Shown here in pieces: positions 26,471-38,406 of a stretch of 64,000 bases of DNA. The DNA comes from Prorocentrum cordatum (Eukaryota). Below the pieces are notes generated by a model. The model saw nothing but the letters and a program-made list of their open reading frames with translations, was not told where the DNA came from and searched no databases. The position numbers and the translations under genes are program-made. Positions within the stretch are counted from its first letter, which is position 1, and each line of letters begins with the position of its first letter. The stretch lies in NCBI GenBank assembly GCA_963575745.1, contig CAUYUJ010000047.1:1-64000 (forward strand), in the 5' to 3' direction.

Positions 26471-26557
26471 GACTACTACTTCTCCTACGACTACTCTGAA
26501 AATGCTTGCCACTGCCACTGCTTCTACTTACTACTGCGACTATCACTACTACGACGA

Positions 26558-26600
<43 letters not shown>

Positions 26601-26925
26601 GATCGTTACTGCTACAACTACTATGCCCACTACTGCTACGACTAACTCCACTACTACGACTACTGCAACAAGTATTACTACTACTACTACTATCACTACT
26701 ACTACTACTGCTGTTACTACTTCTTCTCCCACGACTGCTACCACGACGGCTACAACTACCAGTACTACTAGGACTACTACTACTACTACTACGACTACGC
26801 CTACAACTACGGCTAGTACTAATACTACTAATACTAATACTACGACAACTACTATTACAACTCGTAGTAGTACTACTATTACCACCACTACTACTATTGC
26901 TGCTACTACTACTACTACTACTACG

Positions 26926-26959
<34 letters not shown>

Positions 26960-26960
26960 T

Positions 26961-26996
<36 letters not shown>

Positions 26997-27064
26997 CTAC
27001 TACTACTACCTACTACTACAGGTACTATTGCTACTACTGCTACTACTACTACTACTACTACTAT

Positions 27065-27103
<39 letters not shown>

Positions 27104-27368
27104 GACTACTACTACTACTACTACCAGCACTACTGCTACTACGACTATTCCTACTACTACAACTATTACTACTACTGCTACTACTACTACTACTACTACT
27201 GCTACTACTACTGCTACTACTACTGCTACTACTACTACTCCTACTACGACAACTACGACTGCTACTACTACCATCGCTACTACTCATCCACGAGTACCAA
27301 TCCAATGTTTCGCATGTATTATTTGCCATGTACAATTACTGCTACCGCTACTATGAGTACTCCCAGCG

Positions 27369-27429
<61 letters not shown>

Positions 27430-27495
27430 GACTACTACTACTACTACTACTACTACGACTACGATGAGTAGTACTACGACTACTACGACTACTAT

Positions 27496-27540
<45 letters not shown>

Positions 27541-27595
27541 GACTACCACTACGACTACTACTGCTGCTCTGCTACTACCACGACTACGGCCATTG

Positions 27596-27647
<52 letters not shown>

Positions 27648-27682
27648 GACTACGACTACGACTACTATTACTACTACTACTA

Positions 27683-27722
<40 letters not shown>

Positions 27723-27929
27723 GACTACGGTTACTATTGCTACTACGCCGACGACCACTACGATTACTACTACCACTAGTCCTGCTATTTCCGCTACTCT
27801 TACGACGATTACTACTACTACTGCTAGTGCTGAATACGATGCTGGCGACGACGACGACTAGTACTACGACTATGGCCAGTAGTAGTAGTAGTTTTACTAC
27901 TACCACGACTACCCTACCACTACTACGAT

Positions 27930-27980
<51 letters not shown>

Positions 27981-28193
27981 CTCTACTACTACTACTGCTG
28001 CTACGACTCCTACTGCGACTACCCACTCCACGACTACGACGATGACTACTACTAATACGTCGATGACTACGACGATGACTAGGACGATGAATACGACGAA
28101 TTCTACTACGACGCCTACGGCTACTACTACCAATTAGTAGTACTACTACTACTACGACTACTACTGCGACTACTACTACGACTACTACTACTA

Positions 28194-28259
<66 letters not shown>

Positions 28260-28290
28260 TTACTGTTGCTATTATTAGTATTACTACTAT

Positions 28291-28326
<36 letters not shown>

Positions 28327-28584
28327 CACGACTTCTACCAGTAACACTACTATTACTACGAGTACTACGGCGACTACTACTTCTTCTGCAACGACGCCTA
28401 TGAGTACGAGTGTTACTAGTTGTAGTACTACGACTACCACTACTACTAGTACTATTACTACTACTACTACTACTACTGCTACTACTATTATTACTACTAC
28501 TATTACTACTACTATTACTACTACTACTACTACTACTACTACCACTATCACCACTACGACTACGACTACTACTTCTTCTACTAT

Positions 28585-28632
<48 letters not shown>

Positions 28633-28766
28633 GACTACTGCTTCTACTACTACTACTACTACTACTACTAGTACTACTACTACTACTACAACTACTACTA
28701 CTACGACTACTACCACTACAATTACTACTACTACTATTACTACTACTACTACTACTACTACTACTA

Positions 28767-28797
<31 letters not shown>

Positions 28798-28910
28798 GAC
28801 GACGACTACTACTACTACTACTACTACTACAAGTGCTACGACTACGACTACTACGACTACTACTACTACTACTACCACTACTACTACTATTATTACTACT
28901 ACTACTACTG

Positions 28911-28995
<85 letters not shown>

Positions 28996-28996
28996 G

Positions 28997-29084
<88 letters not shown>

Positions 29085-29105
29085 TAACTTACTACTACTA
29101 CTACT

Positions 29106-29172
<67 letters not shown>

Positions 29173-29185
29173 GACTGTGGCTACG

Positions 29186-29246
<61 letters not shown>

Positions 29247-29259
29247 GTACTACCACTAG

Positions 29260-29302
<43 letters not shown>

Positions 29303-29331
29303 GCTACCACTACCACTACTACTACTACCAG

Positions 29332-29387
<56 letters not shown>

Positions 29388-29487
29388 TCACTACCACTAC
29401 TACTATCATCACCACGATTACTATTGCTACTACGGCGACTACTATTGCTACTACCCCTACTACTACTACCACTACTACCACTACTAC

Positions 29488-29539
<52 letters not shown>

Positions 29540-29600
29540 GCTACTACTACTACTACTGTCAGTTATACGGGTACTACCAGTACTATTGTTCATACTAGTA
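23085..29600. repeat. ~6.5-kb (TAC)n microsatellite array with short unique islands
   Basis: Continuous TAC and variants; islands near 23890-24030, 25620-25740 and 27290-27365. Confidence 0.97.
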
Positions 29601-30338
29601 CTGGTACGTCTAGCATTTTTCATTGTTTAAGTGGCTTACGCCTTTCCGCCACCCCCCCAGGATGAGTGAGAGGATGTGACGATATTGCAAGTTTTCTGGT
29701 GGCCTTGGGTCCAAAACGCCACTGGGGCTGTGAGTCAATAGCCTATTGGGTGCGTATGGGGTCCCTTGGGATGTTGCTCGGGGGCCTTTTGGAGGGCCCC
29801 TTGGGGCATCACAGTGCGGCCGAGGTGCACCACGGGAAAGATGGCTCCTGCCTCGTCCGCCTCCGTATTAAGATCTGGGCGTTGCAAGTTTTTCGCGCTA
29901 GCGATTTCGCTGGGTTTCGGGCAGAAAGATGTGGTCTAAGGCAGGGAGATGGCGTATTGCTCGCAACGTCGGATCTCAAGGCACGTTCACAGAGAGTTGG
30001 AGCGGCGTGCTTTTGGCTTGGCTGCGCGTAATGGTGGCGCTTCGCCGAAGTGACCTCTGGTGCGGAGGTGCGGGCCCATAAACGCAGGTCCCTGACAGCG
30101 GTGGCTTTCGCGATTTGACTTGGCTCCCCGCGGGGTCCCCTTAGAGCCGCGCACCGAAAGCCACTTTTGCCTATCGGGTCACACCATCGTGTAGCCGATT
30201 GGTCCGCACAGGCTCGTGCCAGCGTCTCGGCCCAGGGCCGCGCTGCACAGCAGGGGCTGGGCTGCCGTCTCGGAGCTGGAATCTTTGAGGGCGTTCCAGG
30301 ACTCAAACCGCGAGGACACCTGCGCATCCCACGGCACG

Positions 30339-30523
30339 TATTCCGAATTTCTTTAAAGGCGTCGGGGGGGCATCACCCCCGCCGACATCCCCACATCGAC
30401 CGACGCGTCGCGGGCAGCCACCGCGCGCCGAAGGCGCTCCGACCCCCGTCGCAGCGCGACGACGAGGCGAGGTTGACCCCCGTCGGGGGGGTACCCCCCA
30501 CGCTCAGTGAGAAACCCAGGGTA
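30339..30523. mobile_element. MITE family N, copy 1 (~185 bp)
   Basis: High similarity to 63289-63472; inverted ends around GCGTCGGGGGG/CCCCCCACGC. Confidence 0.75.
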
Positions 30524-30854
30524 TGTATACCAAGTGAAGAATTGCTGCGTTGCTTCCGCGCATGGCAGCGCCACGGCCACAGATACCCGCGCCATCTTTT
30601 CAAACGTTCGCCATGAATCGCCGCCGCCGCCGCCGCCTCCTCCTCCTCCTCCTCCTCCTCCTCCTCCTCCTCCTCCTCCAGGCCCCCGGGGCTTTCTCCA
30701 GGCCCTGGGACCGTCCAAAGCCAATTCGGGATGAAGCAGTGATTTTGAGGGGCGGTCCTTTGGTCCAGCACAGGACGCCTTTCCCCTCAGGACCCGGTTG
30801 CCTCATGCCAACACGCGTACCATGCGACCCACACGCTCATGTCATTCTCTTCAT

Positions 30855-31018
30855 TCAAGGGAGGAAAATACACCCGGACCGGACAATTGGCGTTTACGAA
30901 ACGGCCTGGGGCGTCTACTAAACAGCCCTGCCCTGCTCGATTCCTTCAGTGGGGGCGTTTAGTCAACGGCTTCGCGTGCCGGGGTGGCTATTTTTTGGGG
31001 TGGATGTGTTGCCCTCTC
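30855..31018 (+). mobile_element. MITE-like family C, copy 2
   Basis: Aligns with 8011-8175; flanks TTCAT/TTCTT. Confidence 0.75.
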
Positions 31019-31877
31019 TTCTTCCCAGCAGGTGGTTTCACGGCCACGGCCGCCAGCCACCAGTGTGCGGCCGCAGCACCCGTTCTTGAGGGCGCGACGC
31101 CCGCCCTGCAGCGGGCCACGGTGTGCCTCCGTGCCGTGCGCCATTTACCCCCCACAAAGGCCTCGTGAACTTTAGCTGCCTTGGTGCGCCCGTTTCGATA
31201 CTCAGCGCGCACCGTGCTCACGACGTCCGTGTCGATGCGTGGCGTATTGGCTAAACGTATTGGCCCGCGTTTTGGCGAGCGCGTCGCGTCAGACCTACCT
31301 TTTTCAGTCTACGTGTGGAGCTCTGTATCAACACGCTACGCGTTGCGTGCTGCGTATCGGGGCAGCTAAGACCAGTGAATGCGCACAGTAGGTGCAGGAG
31401 CATCTTGAGACGACCACGACGAGCAATGACTGGACAGGGGGAGGAGAAAGGCGGAGGAACAAGAATCTCAGCAGGATTGAGGAGGAGGGAGGCTGTCAAT
31501 AATGCCCGCCTCCAGGGGGGGAAGCTGCAGTTGAAGCAGGCCTCAGCATGCCCCATACCCACATGAGGTACCACCAGAAGGGCTGAGCGCATCGATGATC
31601 AAGCACGAAACTGAACAAGACATGTCGCACGAGCCCGCGATTCACGGAAGCGTGTAGCAAATGCGTCATCACCCGTATCCCTTCATACGTGTTCTTCGTC
31701 GCCTCTGGTTGCTTTGTGTCTCAGGAGCCATCGTTCTCATGGAGATTTGGCTGGCCTGCTCTGAATAGTCCTGAATAGTCTCTGGTTTTGGAGGTGGAGA
31801 GTCCGAAGACTCAGCACCTGTATGAGGCATCGGCTCCATGAGCACGGCCTCCCGTAAGAAACAGCGGTGACGGTGAG

Positions 31878-31961
31878 GTCCTCATGCAGAAGTTGCAGTA
31901 CGACTACGACGCGCTGCAAGCCGCGCTGAGGCAGATGGAAGAGCTGCGGCGGGAAGAGAAG
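31878..31961 (+). CDS. Candidate internal exon (coiled coil)
   Basis: AG|G acceptor and AG|GC donor, 84 nt, phase 0: VLMQKLQYDYDALQAALRQMEELRREEK. Confidence 0.5.
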
Positions 31962-32599
31962 GCGTTACCCCTCTCAGCTTGTTTCTTACTGTCGCCATGG
32001 CACGAGGGATGCCGCCATCCGATCAGTTCTTACAGAGTTGAAGGCGACCTCGGTGTTTCTGTTTCGGCCAGAGTCTTGGGGCTTCGAAGCCTTTGCACGA
32101 GGATGCTGCAGAGCAGACTGCAGAGGTTCGAAAGCAAAGAGCGGAGAGCGGCGAGTCAACAGTAGAGTGGAGCGTCGCGCGCAGGGACGCGGGCGCAGAG
32201 AGCACGGGGCAGAGAGCAGAGGCAAGCGATCAATCGGAAGGAGGGCGCGGTGAGGGTACAGAGCAGAGCGCAGAGAGCAGAGATCACCTCATTCATCATC
32301 CTTTGCTCATGCCCACCACCAGGATGCTTCTCTTACGGGTCTTGTGCGACGAAGTGGCTGTGGGTGCTGGCGGACCCTCTCCGGTAGCGTTTTCTCGCGA
32401 GATTGTCACAACGGCGTAGCTTCAGGCGGCGAAGAGGACGACGATGTCTTGCCACGATCTACATTGTACTGCCCCCACCCGCCAGCAGCCTCGGCGACAT
32501 ACTTCCTGCTGTCTCGTGGACAGTCAACCAGGTTGCGAACGCTTGCGGATGTGAGCGCACACATGTTGCCTGCCGCGCGCACAATAGCACATGTACCCG

Positions 32600-32643
<44 letters not shown>

Positions 32644-33814
32644 ACTTCCTTAAAAAGTGCTTGCGTTTGGGTGTTCTACTTCCTACTACGGTAATTGGGC
32701 CCCAGTGCCGTTCTGGCTGGCTTGTGGCCACCCGTTGCCGCCGTCGCCGCTGGGCCCCGTCGCCGCTCGGGAAGGCTTGTGGCCGCCCGTCTACGCCCGT
32801 CGCCGCCGTCGCCGCTGGGCCCCAGTGGCGGTCCGGCCAACTCGTCGCTTTGCGCCGCACAGATGCCACCACATGGATTGCACCACCCAGACTGCACTAC
32901 GTAGATTGCGCCACCTAGGCTGCGCCGAACGCCACAGCACTGGGGCGCGCGATCCGCCCAGGAGCAGCAGATAGGCCCGCACGTCGTCGGTGTCTGGATA
33001 TGTGGCGCCGCGGCGCACGCGCGGTTGTCGCACAGTGTCGCCGCGGTTGCGCGCCCAATCAACAAATTGTCCCGTGAGGAAGGTGGATGATTCACCCGCT
33101 GGACGGACCCTGGAGGTCTACGCAGTGCGGCCATGCCCCCCAATGCCTGGTCGTGTCCGCTTCCCCGCGCGAGGGCAGACCCCCATTGACGCTCCTGCTG
33201 CACAGCCGGGTGGGGGGGGGAACGCCAGCCGAGGCTGCTGGATCGTGGTGGCCCAGCACCTTCCGTCTGTGCGCGCAGACGGACTCATCTTCCGTGGGGG
33301 GAGCAGCGACGGGGGGGACAACGAGAGGGAGGACGAGATGAGAGGGAGGAGGAGGAGGAGGAGGAGGAGGAGGAGGAGGAGGGAAGGAAGAGGAGGAGGA
33401 GCAGGAGGAGGAGGAGGAGGAGTCTTTCTCTCTCGCCGCGCGCGTCCGTCGCCGTCGCCGCTCGCCGTTCATGCGGTCCGACAGTGCCGTGTCTCGATTC
33501 AGTGTAAGTGCCTTGAGGCGGGCTCGCCCCGAGCTTACTTGCTCTATGTGGATGTGACCGCTCGAAGTGGGGTGAGAAGTAACAGGAAGAGGAGGAGGAG
33601 GAGGAGCATTAGGAGGAGGAGGCCCATTTTTTCTTCCGTCCCTCCACCTTATTGTCAGCATGGCCCCATCCTCGATCTACTGTCAGCATCTGCGGGCTCG
33701 GCTTCCGCGGTTCACGTCATGCCAGTCCGTGCCCACCCGTGCGCCCGTGCCTATGGACAGGCGATGCACGCCGACATGCCGAGCCAGGCTCCAGGAGGAG
33801 GAGGGGGGGAAGGA

Positions 33815-34340
33815 TGAGGAGGAGGAGGAGGAGGAGGAGGAGGAGGAGGAGGAGGAGGAGGAGCAAGGAGAATGGAAGGTGGCCTCCCTCCCCCCCCTTG
33901 GAGACGACCCCCGAGGGCGTCCGGAGGGCCCGCGCTCGCGCCGCGCGCCGGCCGGCGCACCCGCGAGCGGGTGCGAACACGGAACCGCAGAAGCGGCTGC
34001 GAGAGAGAGAGAGAGGAGCAGCAAGAGGCCGACCCGAGCACCCTCACCCGTGAGGCCGCATGGAGCACTGGAGAAGGAGAAGGTGGGGAGGAAGTGGAGG
34101 CGAAGGAGCACGAGGAGGAGGAGGTGGAGGAGGAGGAGAAGGAGGAGGAGGAGGAGGAAGAGAAGGAGGAGGAGGAGGAGGAGGAGGAGGAGGAGGAGGA
34201 GGAGGGGGAGGAGGAGGAGGAGGAGGAGGAGGAGAGGGAGAGGAGAGGGAGGAGGAGGAGGAGGAGGAGGAGGAGAGAGGAGGGAGGAGGAGGAGGAGGA
34301 GGAGGAGGAGGAGGAGGAGGAGGAGGAGGAGGAGGAGGCG
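33815..34340. repeat. (GAG)n microsatellite cluster
   Basis: GAG runs. Similar tracts at 1002-1143, 6240-6490, 8214-8625 (CCT), 16630-16810, 57430-57765 and 59180-59780. Confidence 0.9.
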
Positions 34341-34948
34341 ACGGCAAGGAACGGGAGTGAGGAGCCCGTGGGGGGGGGAAGGGAGGAGCAGAGGGGCAGA
34401 GAGGTGCGAGGAGGCGCGAGCGACCCAGACCCCGACGTCGTGCTTTGTGCACGACGTGGGCCCCAGGGACTGGCTTTTCCTCCTCCTCCTCCTCCTCCTC
34501 CCCTCCTCCTCCTCCTCCTCCTCCTCTGCCTCCGCCTCCTCCCCTCCCTCCTTCTCCTCATCCGTTTCACCCTGGGCCGTTTTTTGATCGAGGGTGGACC
34601 CCCATCCTGACACGTCGAGTGGTGAATTGTCCGTTTTCGGTTCTCGAGAGGGCGCCGCGGCGTCATTGTCCAGGCTTGCGCCCGCCAGGCTTGGGCCGAC
34701 GCGGGGGAGCGCGGGGGGAACCGGGGGGGGGGGGAACGAGAGGGGGAGAGAGGGGAAGCGAGGAGGGGGAGCGAAGAGGGCGGGGGCGGCCCGCGATTCG
34801 TGTCTCCCGAGGCCTTCGGTGGAGCTCCCCTGTGGGGCCACGAAGCGTGCGAGGGCGTGCCAAAGTGGAGGGGGGGCGGCGTGCGAATCATGCCGCGAGG
34901 AGCGAGGAGCGCCCGGCGGCGCGGGCGGCGGCGGGCCCTGCCCTGCAG

Positions 34949-34990
34949 GTGGAGACGCTGCGGTGCGAGAACGCGGCGCTGAGGGCGCAG
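34949..34990 (+). CDS. Candidate internal exon (coiled coil); 3' end uncertain
   Basis: CTGCAG|G acceptor, VETLRCENAALRAQ, then AG|GC. The reading could extend to AQSLACENRR. Confidence 0.4.
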
Positions 34991-35194
34991 GCCCAGAGCT
35001 TGGCCTGCGAGAACCGACGCCCGCGCCCCGGGCCGCCCGCTGCCGTTCCTGCTCGGCGCCGTTCCTTTTTCTCCTCCTGCTCCTCCTCCTCTTCCTCCTC
35101 CTCCTCCTCCTCCTCCTCCATTTCCTCCTCCTCCATCTCCTCCTCCTTCTCCTCCTCCTCCTCCTCCTCTTCCTCCTCCTCCTCCTCCTCCTCC

Positions 35195-35236
35195 TCCGTA
35201 GCCATTTTGGCTCTAGTCCGTAGCGTTTCGCTCAAG
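35195..35236 (+). other. Two tandem dinoflagellate spliced-leader (dinoSL) relics
   Basis: 35195-35216 TCCGTAGCCATTTTGGCTCTAG matches dinoSL DCCGTAGCCATTTTGGCTCAAG at 21/22 positions. It is followed directly by the degenerate copy TCCGTAGCGTTTCGCTCAAG (35217-35236). Confidence 0.92.
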
Positions 35237-35434
35237 GGCTTGACATTGTGGCAAAGGGGATATGCGGCCCAAACTGCTCGAGCCTCCACAGCAGCCCGCC
35301 CAGGCAGGAGGCTCTCTCTCTCTCTCTCTCTCTCTCTCTTCATTTCTCATTCCCATACTGTACTGCGGGTTGCCCGCACTCTTTGCGGTCATCCTGTGCG
35401 GTTCGGGCGCCTCGGCCCTTGCGGCCCAGGCGCG

Positions 35435-36601
35435 ATGGTTCCTTCTCTCTCGGGGCATCTGAAGCAAAGAAGGGCATGGGCGTCTCCGTGGTACTGCAAG
35501 CACTGCTAGTCGCCGTCGGGCAAGGACAAGCGGTGGAACAGAGCTGATTGTGAGAGTTGCACTAAGTGTGGACAACACAAGTCGACGGCGCTTGCGGGGC
35601 ATAAACAGCCGCTTCTACCGTCGAGGAGTGTTTCGCATGACGGCGTTGCGCAGGGGCCTAACACTGCGACAGCGAAGCTGGAGAAGGAGCTCAACAAGTG
35701 CAAGGGCGAGCTGGCGCAGCTCAAGTCAGTTGCAGCCCGCGCGCCTGACCGCATGGAGGTGGACGACGGGGTCGTGGACCCTGCGCTCCAGAGCGGGACG
35801 GAGGGCGCGCTGCGCAAACAGCTGGCGGACACGTCCGCGCACATCGAGGCTCTCACAGACATCCAGGACCCCGGCGTCGTCGAGACGCTGGGCAAGCTGC
35901 GTGCGAAGCAGCAGGACCTGCGCCAGAAGGTGGCGTCGGGTAAGCCACTGGATGTTCGTCTCACGGGTACCGGTTTTCAGCACCAGAAGTTGGAGAAGCG
36001 GCGTGGGAAGCAGGAGGCGGCCATCAAGGCAGTTCAGTCCGTGCCTTAGGAGGCCGAGCGCGACCTGCAGGATGCGCAGAAGGCGCTGCGTGACACCTCG
36101 AAGGAGATCCTTGAGCTTGTGGAGACACGGCGGCAGCTGGTGGCATCCACGCCGAGGGCTGCGGAGGGGACGGTGGCCTCGCCTGAGCAGGTCCTCCCGC
36201 AGGCGGCAGGCCTATCCGTCGCGAGGCTGGGCGAGATGCTCAGCAGTTTTGGCGGCGCGCAGTCGATGGCGGAGAAGCTGTACGCAGCGATGGAAGAGGT
36301 TCGCCAGGCAGAGGAGAAGCACAAGGAAGAGCGCCGGCGGGCTGAGGCTGAGCGACAGCAGGCCCCTGCCGCTCCTGATCAGGGAGAGTCGGCGGGGGCC
36401 GCGGCGTCAGCAGCAGCACCAGCCGCCAGCGCCGCGTTCATTCCCAATCCAGACACAGACCCGCCGGACGTGCTCAAGGCGTTCTTGGAAAGTGCCAGCG
36501 TTGAGGTGCCGCCGCAGGATGCTGAGCTCCGCGAGGCGGCCAAGCGAGCAGGCGACAACTTGGCACACTTTGTCAAGCGGGCGAAGATCACGACTCAGTG
36601 A
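35435..36601 (+). pseudogene. LINE-type ORF1 (gag-like) with RanBP2-like Zn finger and coiled coil; two in-frame stops
   Basis: One frame from ATG 35435 to TGA 36599-36601, interrupted by TAG at 35507 and 36047. Contains WYCKHC*..WNRADCESCTKC and heptad-like segments (KLEKELNKCKGELAQLK; LGKLRAKQQDLRQK). Lies directly upstream of the APE ORF. Confidence 0.75.
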
Positions 36602-36671
36602 AGGTTCGCGGCGAAGCAGACAGGCATCCTTTGCTTACGTGTATCTAGTCTTGACATATCATATCGCAGCA

Positions 36672-37570
36672 ATGATAAGAGTTGTGACTACTAACGCCAC
36701 GTCGTACGGACCCTTGGCCACTATCTTGGAATCGGGGCACACATCTTTGAGCGACGGCGCCATAGTAGTCATGGCCCAAGAGCATCATCGTTTACCCGAG
36801 CAGCTTCCAGATTTCCAGGTGCGCGTTACCGCGGCAGGATACCATGGAGTTTGGGCGGCAGCCACCCCTAGCGAGGGAGGCGGTTCTCACGGCGGCGTCG
36901 CCGTGCTTGCGCGCAGGAGGATTCATGCGATTGTGCCGCCTTTGCTGCCTAGCTGCCCCATCAGCCCAGGGCGAGCAGCGGCAGGACACATTCACACATG
37001 CTGCAAAAAAGGGTTTGTGGTGATATCAGCTTATCTTCACACTTCGGAAGAGTTCGGCCCCGCCAGCGTTAGCTTGCCGACGGAGATCGCGGCCGACGTC
37101 AACCGCATCCACAGCCTTGGCTACGAGCGGGTCATCGGAGACGACTTTCCAGATGCACCCAGACCGGATCTCGTCGTGGAGCGCGGGCATTGGAGGAGCG
37201 GTAGCGGCATCAGCAGGCCCAACGCGTATTCAATCGATTCTTGGCACTATGATTGATTTCTTCGTAGTCAGCACCAACCTCGCCATCGGGGCCAAGGTCC
37301 CCGAGTGCGCGATGACATTGGCACCTCGCCGCATAAGCCAGTGGCGATGGATATGGGGGGCCGCAGACAGTCTCGTGGCGCCGAGTTCCCAAGCAGCCGA
37401 AGAGATTCCCGACAGTTGCCAAGCCTGGTTTTGGCCGATATCCCAGGCTGTGGCCCAAGTTCCACGCGCGTCTGCCGCAGGCGGCAAGCGCGGAGGATGC
37501 GCGCGCGGTCTGGGGCACCTTCCTACACGGAGTGGAGGCAGAGTTGCGTGACAGACACGATGTCGTCCGA
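36672..37570 (+). pseudogene. LINE ORF2 N-terminus: apurinic-like (APE/EEP) endonuclease, frameshifted and truncated before any RT
   Basis: Motifs in order: MIRVVTTNATS, VMAQEHH, GGVAVL, VISAYL, VIGDDF (GDFN-like); after frameshifts IDFFVVS and SPHKPV; then the linker VWGTFLHGVEAELRDRHD. Confidence 0.85.
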
Positions 37571-37831
37571 TTTTGGCGGAGGCGCCCATATCCACCACGG
37601 CGCTGGACGACGAGTCTCGCGGACCAGGCTCTCGGCCAGCGCGAGGGCCCGGCGCTTCATCGCGGGAAGAGCCGAGGCCGAAAGGAGCGAGCTACGGCAG
37701 CACGGTATCAGAACCTGCGAAAGTCAGTTATGGTCATCGAAGTTGCTCTCTCCCAGTCCTTGTGCTCGGCTCTATTGTGCATCGCTGGCACCCAGGAGCA
37801 GGTCAAACCTTTCGCTGTGCATCGGAAGGGG

Positions 37832-38277
37832 AATGGGTCATCCACCGACAAGATTCCCCGCGTCCTCCACGAAGGGCAGGCGCCGCCCCGACACCAAGCG
37901 CAAGGGTATCAAACCGAGCTGCACGCCGGAGGAGTGCGACCACCCCGAGGAGTTCTCGCTTCCGGAGGGCAACCACAAGGGTTACTACGAGGTGTGCATG
38001 AAGTGCGGGGCCCGAGGGGAACGAGCCCCATCAATGCCGCGAGACGGTCGAGGCCGAGCCCGTTTCGAGGGCGGTGAAGATGGAGTTCCCAGTGAAGGTG
38101 AAGGTTCCAGCATGCCCAGTCCATGGGGCACCCATGGAGAGGGCGCACGAACGCTACGAGACGAAGTACTCGCACCTGTGCACGGCTCGGGCATGCGAGG
38201 AGACAAAGGAGATCACGCCGGAGGGATTCGAGAAGGCGAACGTGATCGCCATTTCGTCGAGCGACGAGGACATGTGA
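37832..38277 (+). pseudogene. Two Cys/His Zn-finger-like modules upstream of the methyltransferase domain
   Basis: CDHPEEFSLPEGNHKGYYEVCMKCG in the 37305 frame and PACPVHGAPM...HLCTARAC in the 38074 frame. Confidence 0.55.
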
Positions 38278-38406
38278 CTGGAGGGCCGATCTAGTTCGGA
38301 CGCTTAGACGACAGCAACGAGATCGACATCGTGATCATCGTGGCGCCAGTCAATGTGAGCAGCTTCGAATGGCGACCTCTTTGGCGACCAGATCGGCAGT
38401 GGGTGC

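Noticed and set aside
23405..29665. Mucin-like Thr/Ser-rich ORFs
   Set aside because: Translations of the (TAC)n array. Frames switch arbitrarily and there is no signal peptide or unique domain.
35195..35300. A functional SL RNA gene
   Set aside because: The SL is followed by a second relic and the LINE 5' UTR. I saw no SL-RNA intron or associated 5S/snRNA array.
35237..37800. A 5' LTR, PBS, Copia gag or protease for the Copia-type region
   Set aside because: No second copy of 43062-43449 and no D(T/S)G protease or CCHC knuckle seen. Only an 11-bp TTCATTTCTCA match (35339 vs 43439), probably chance.
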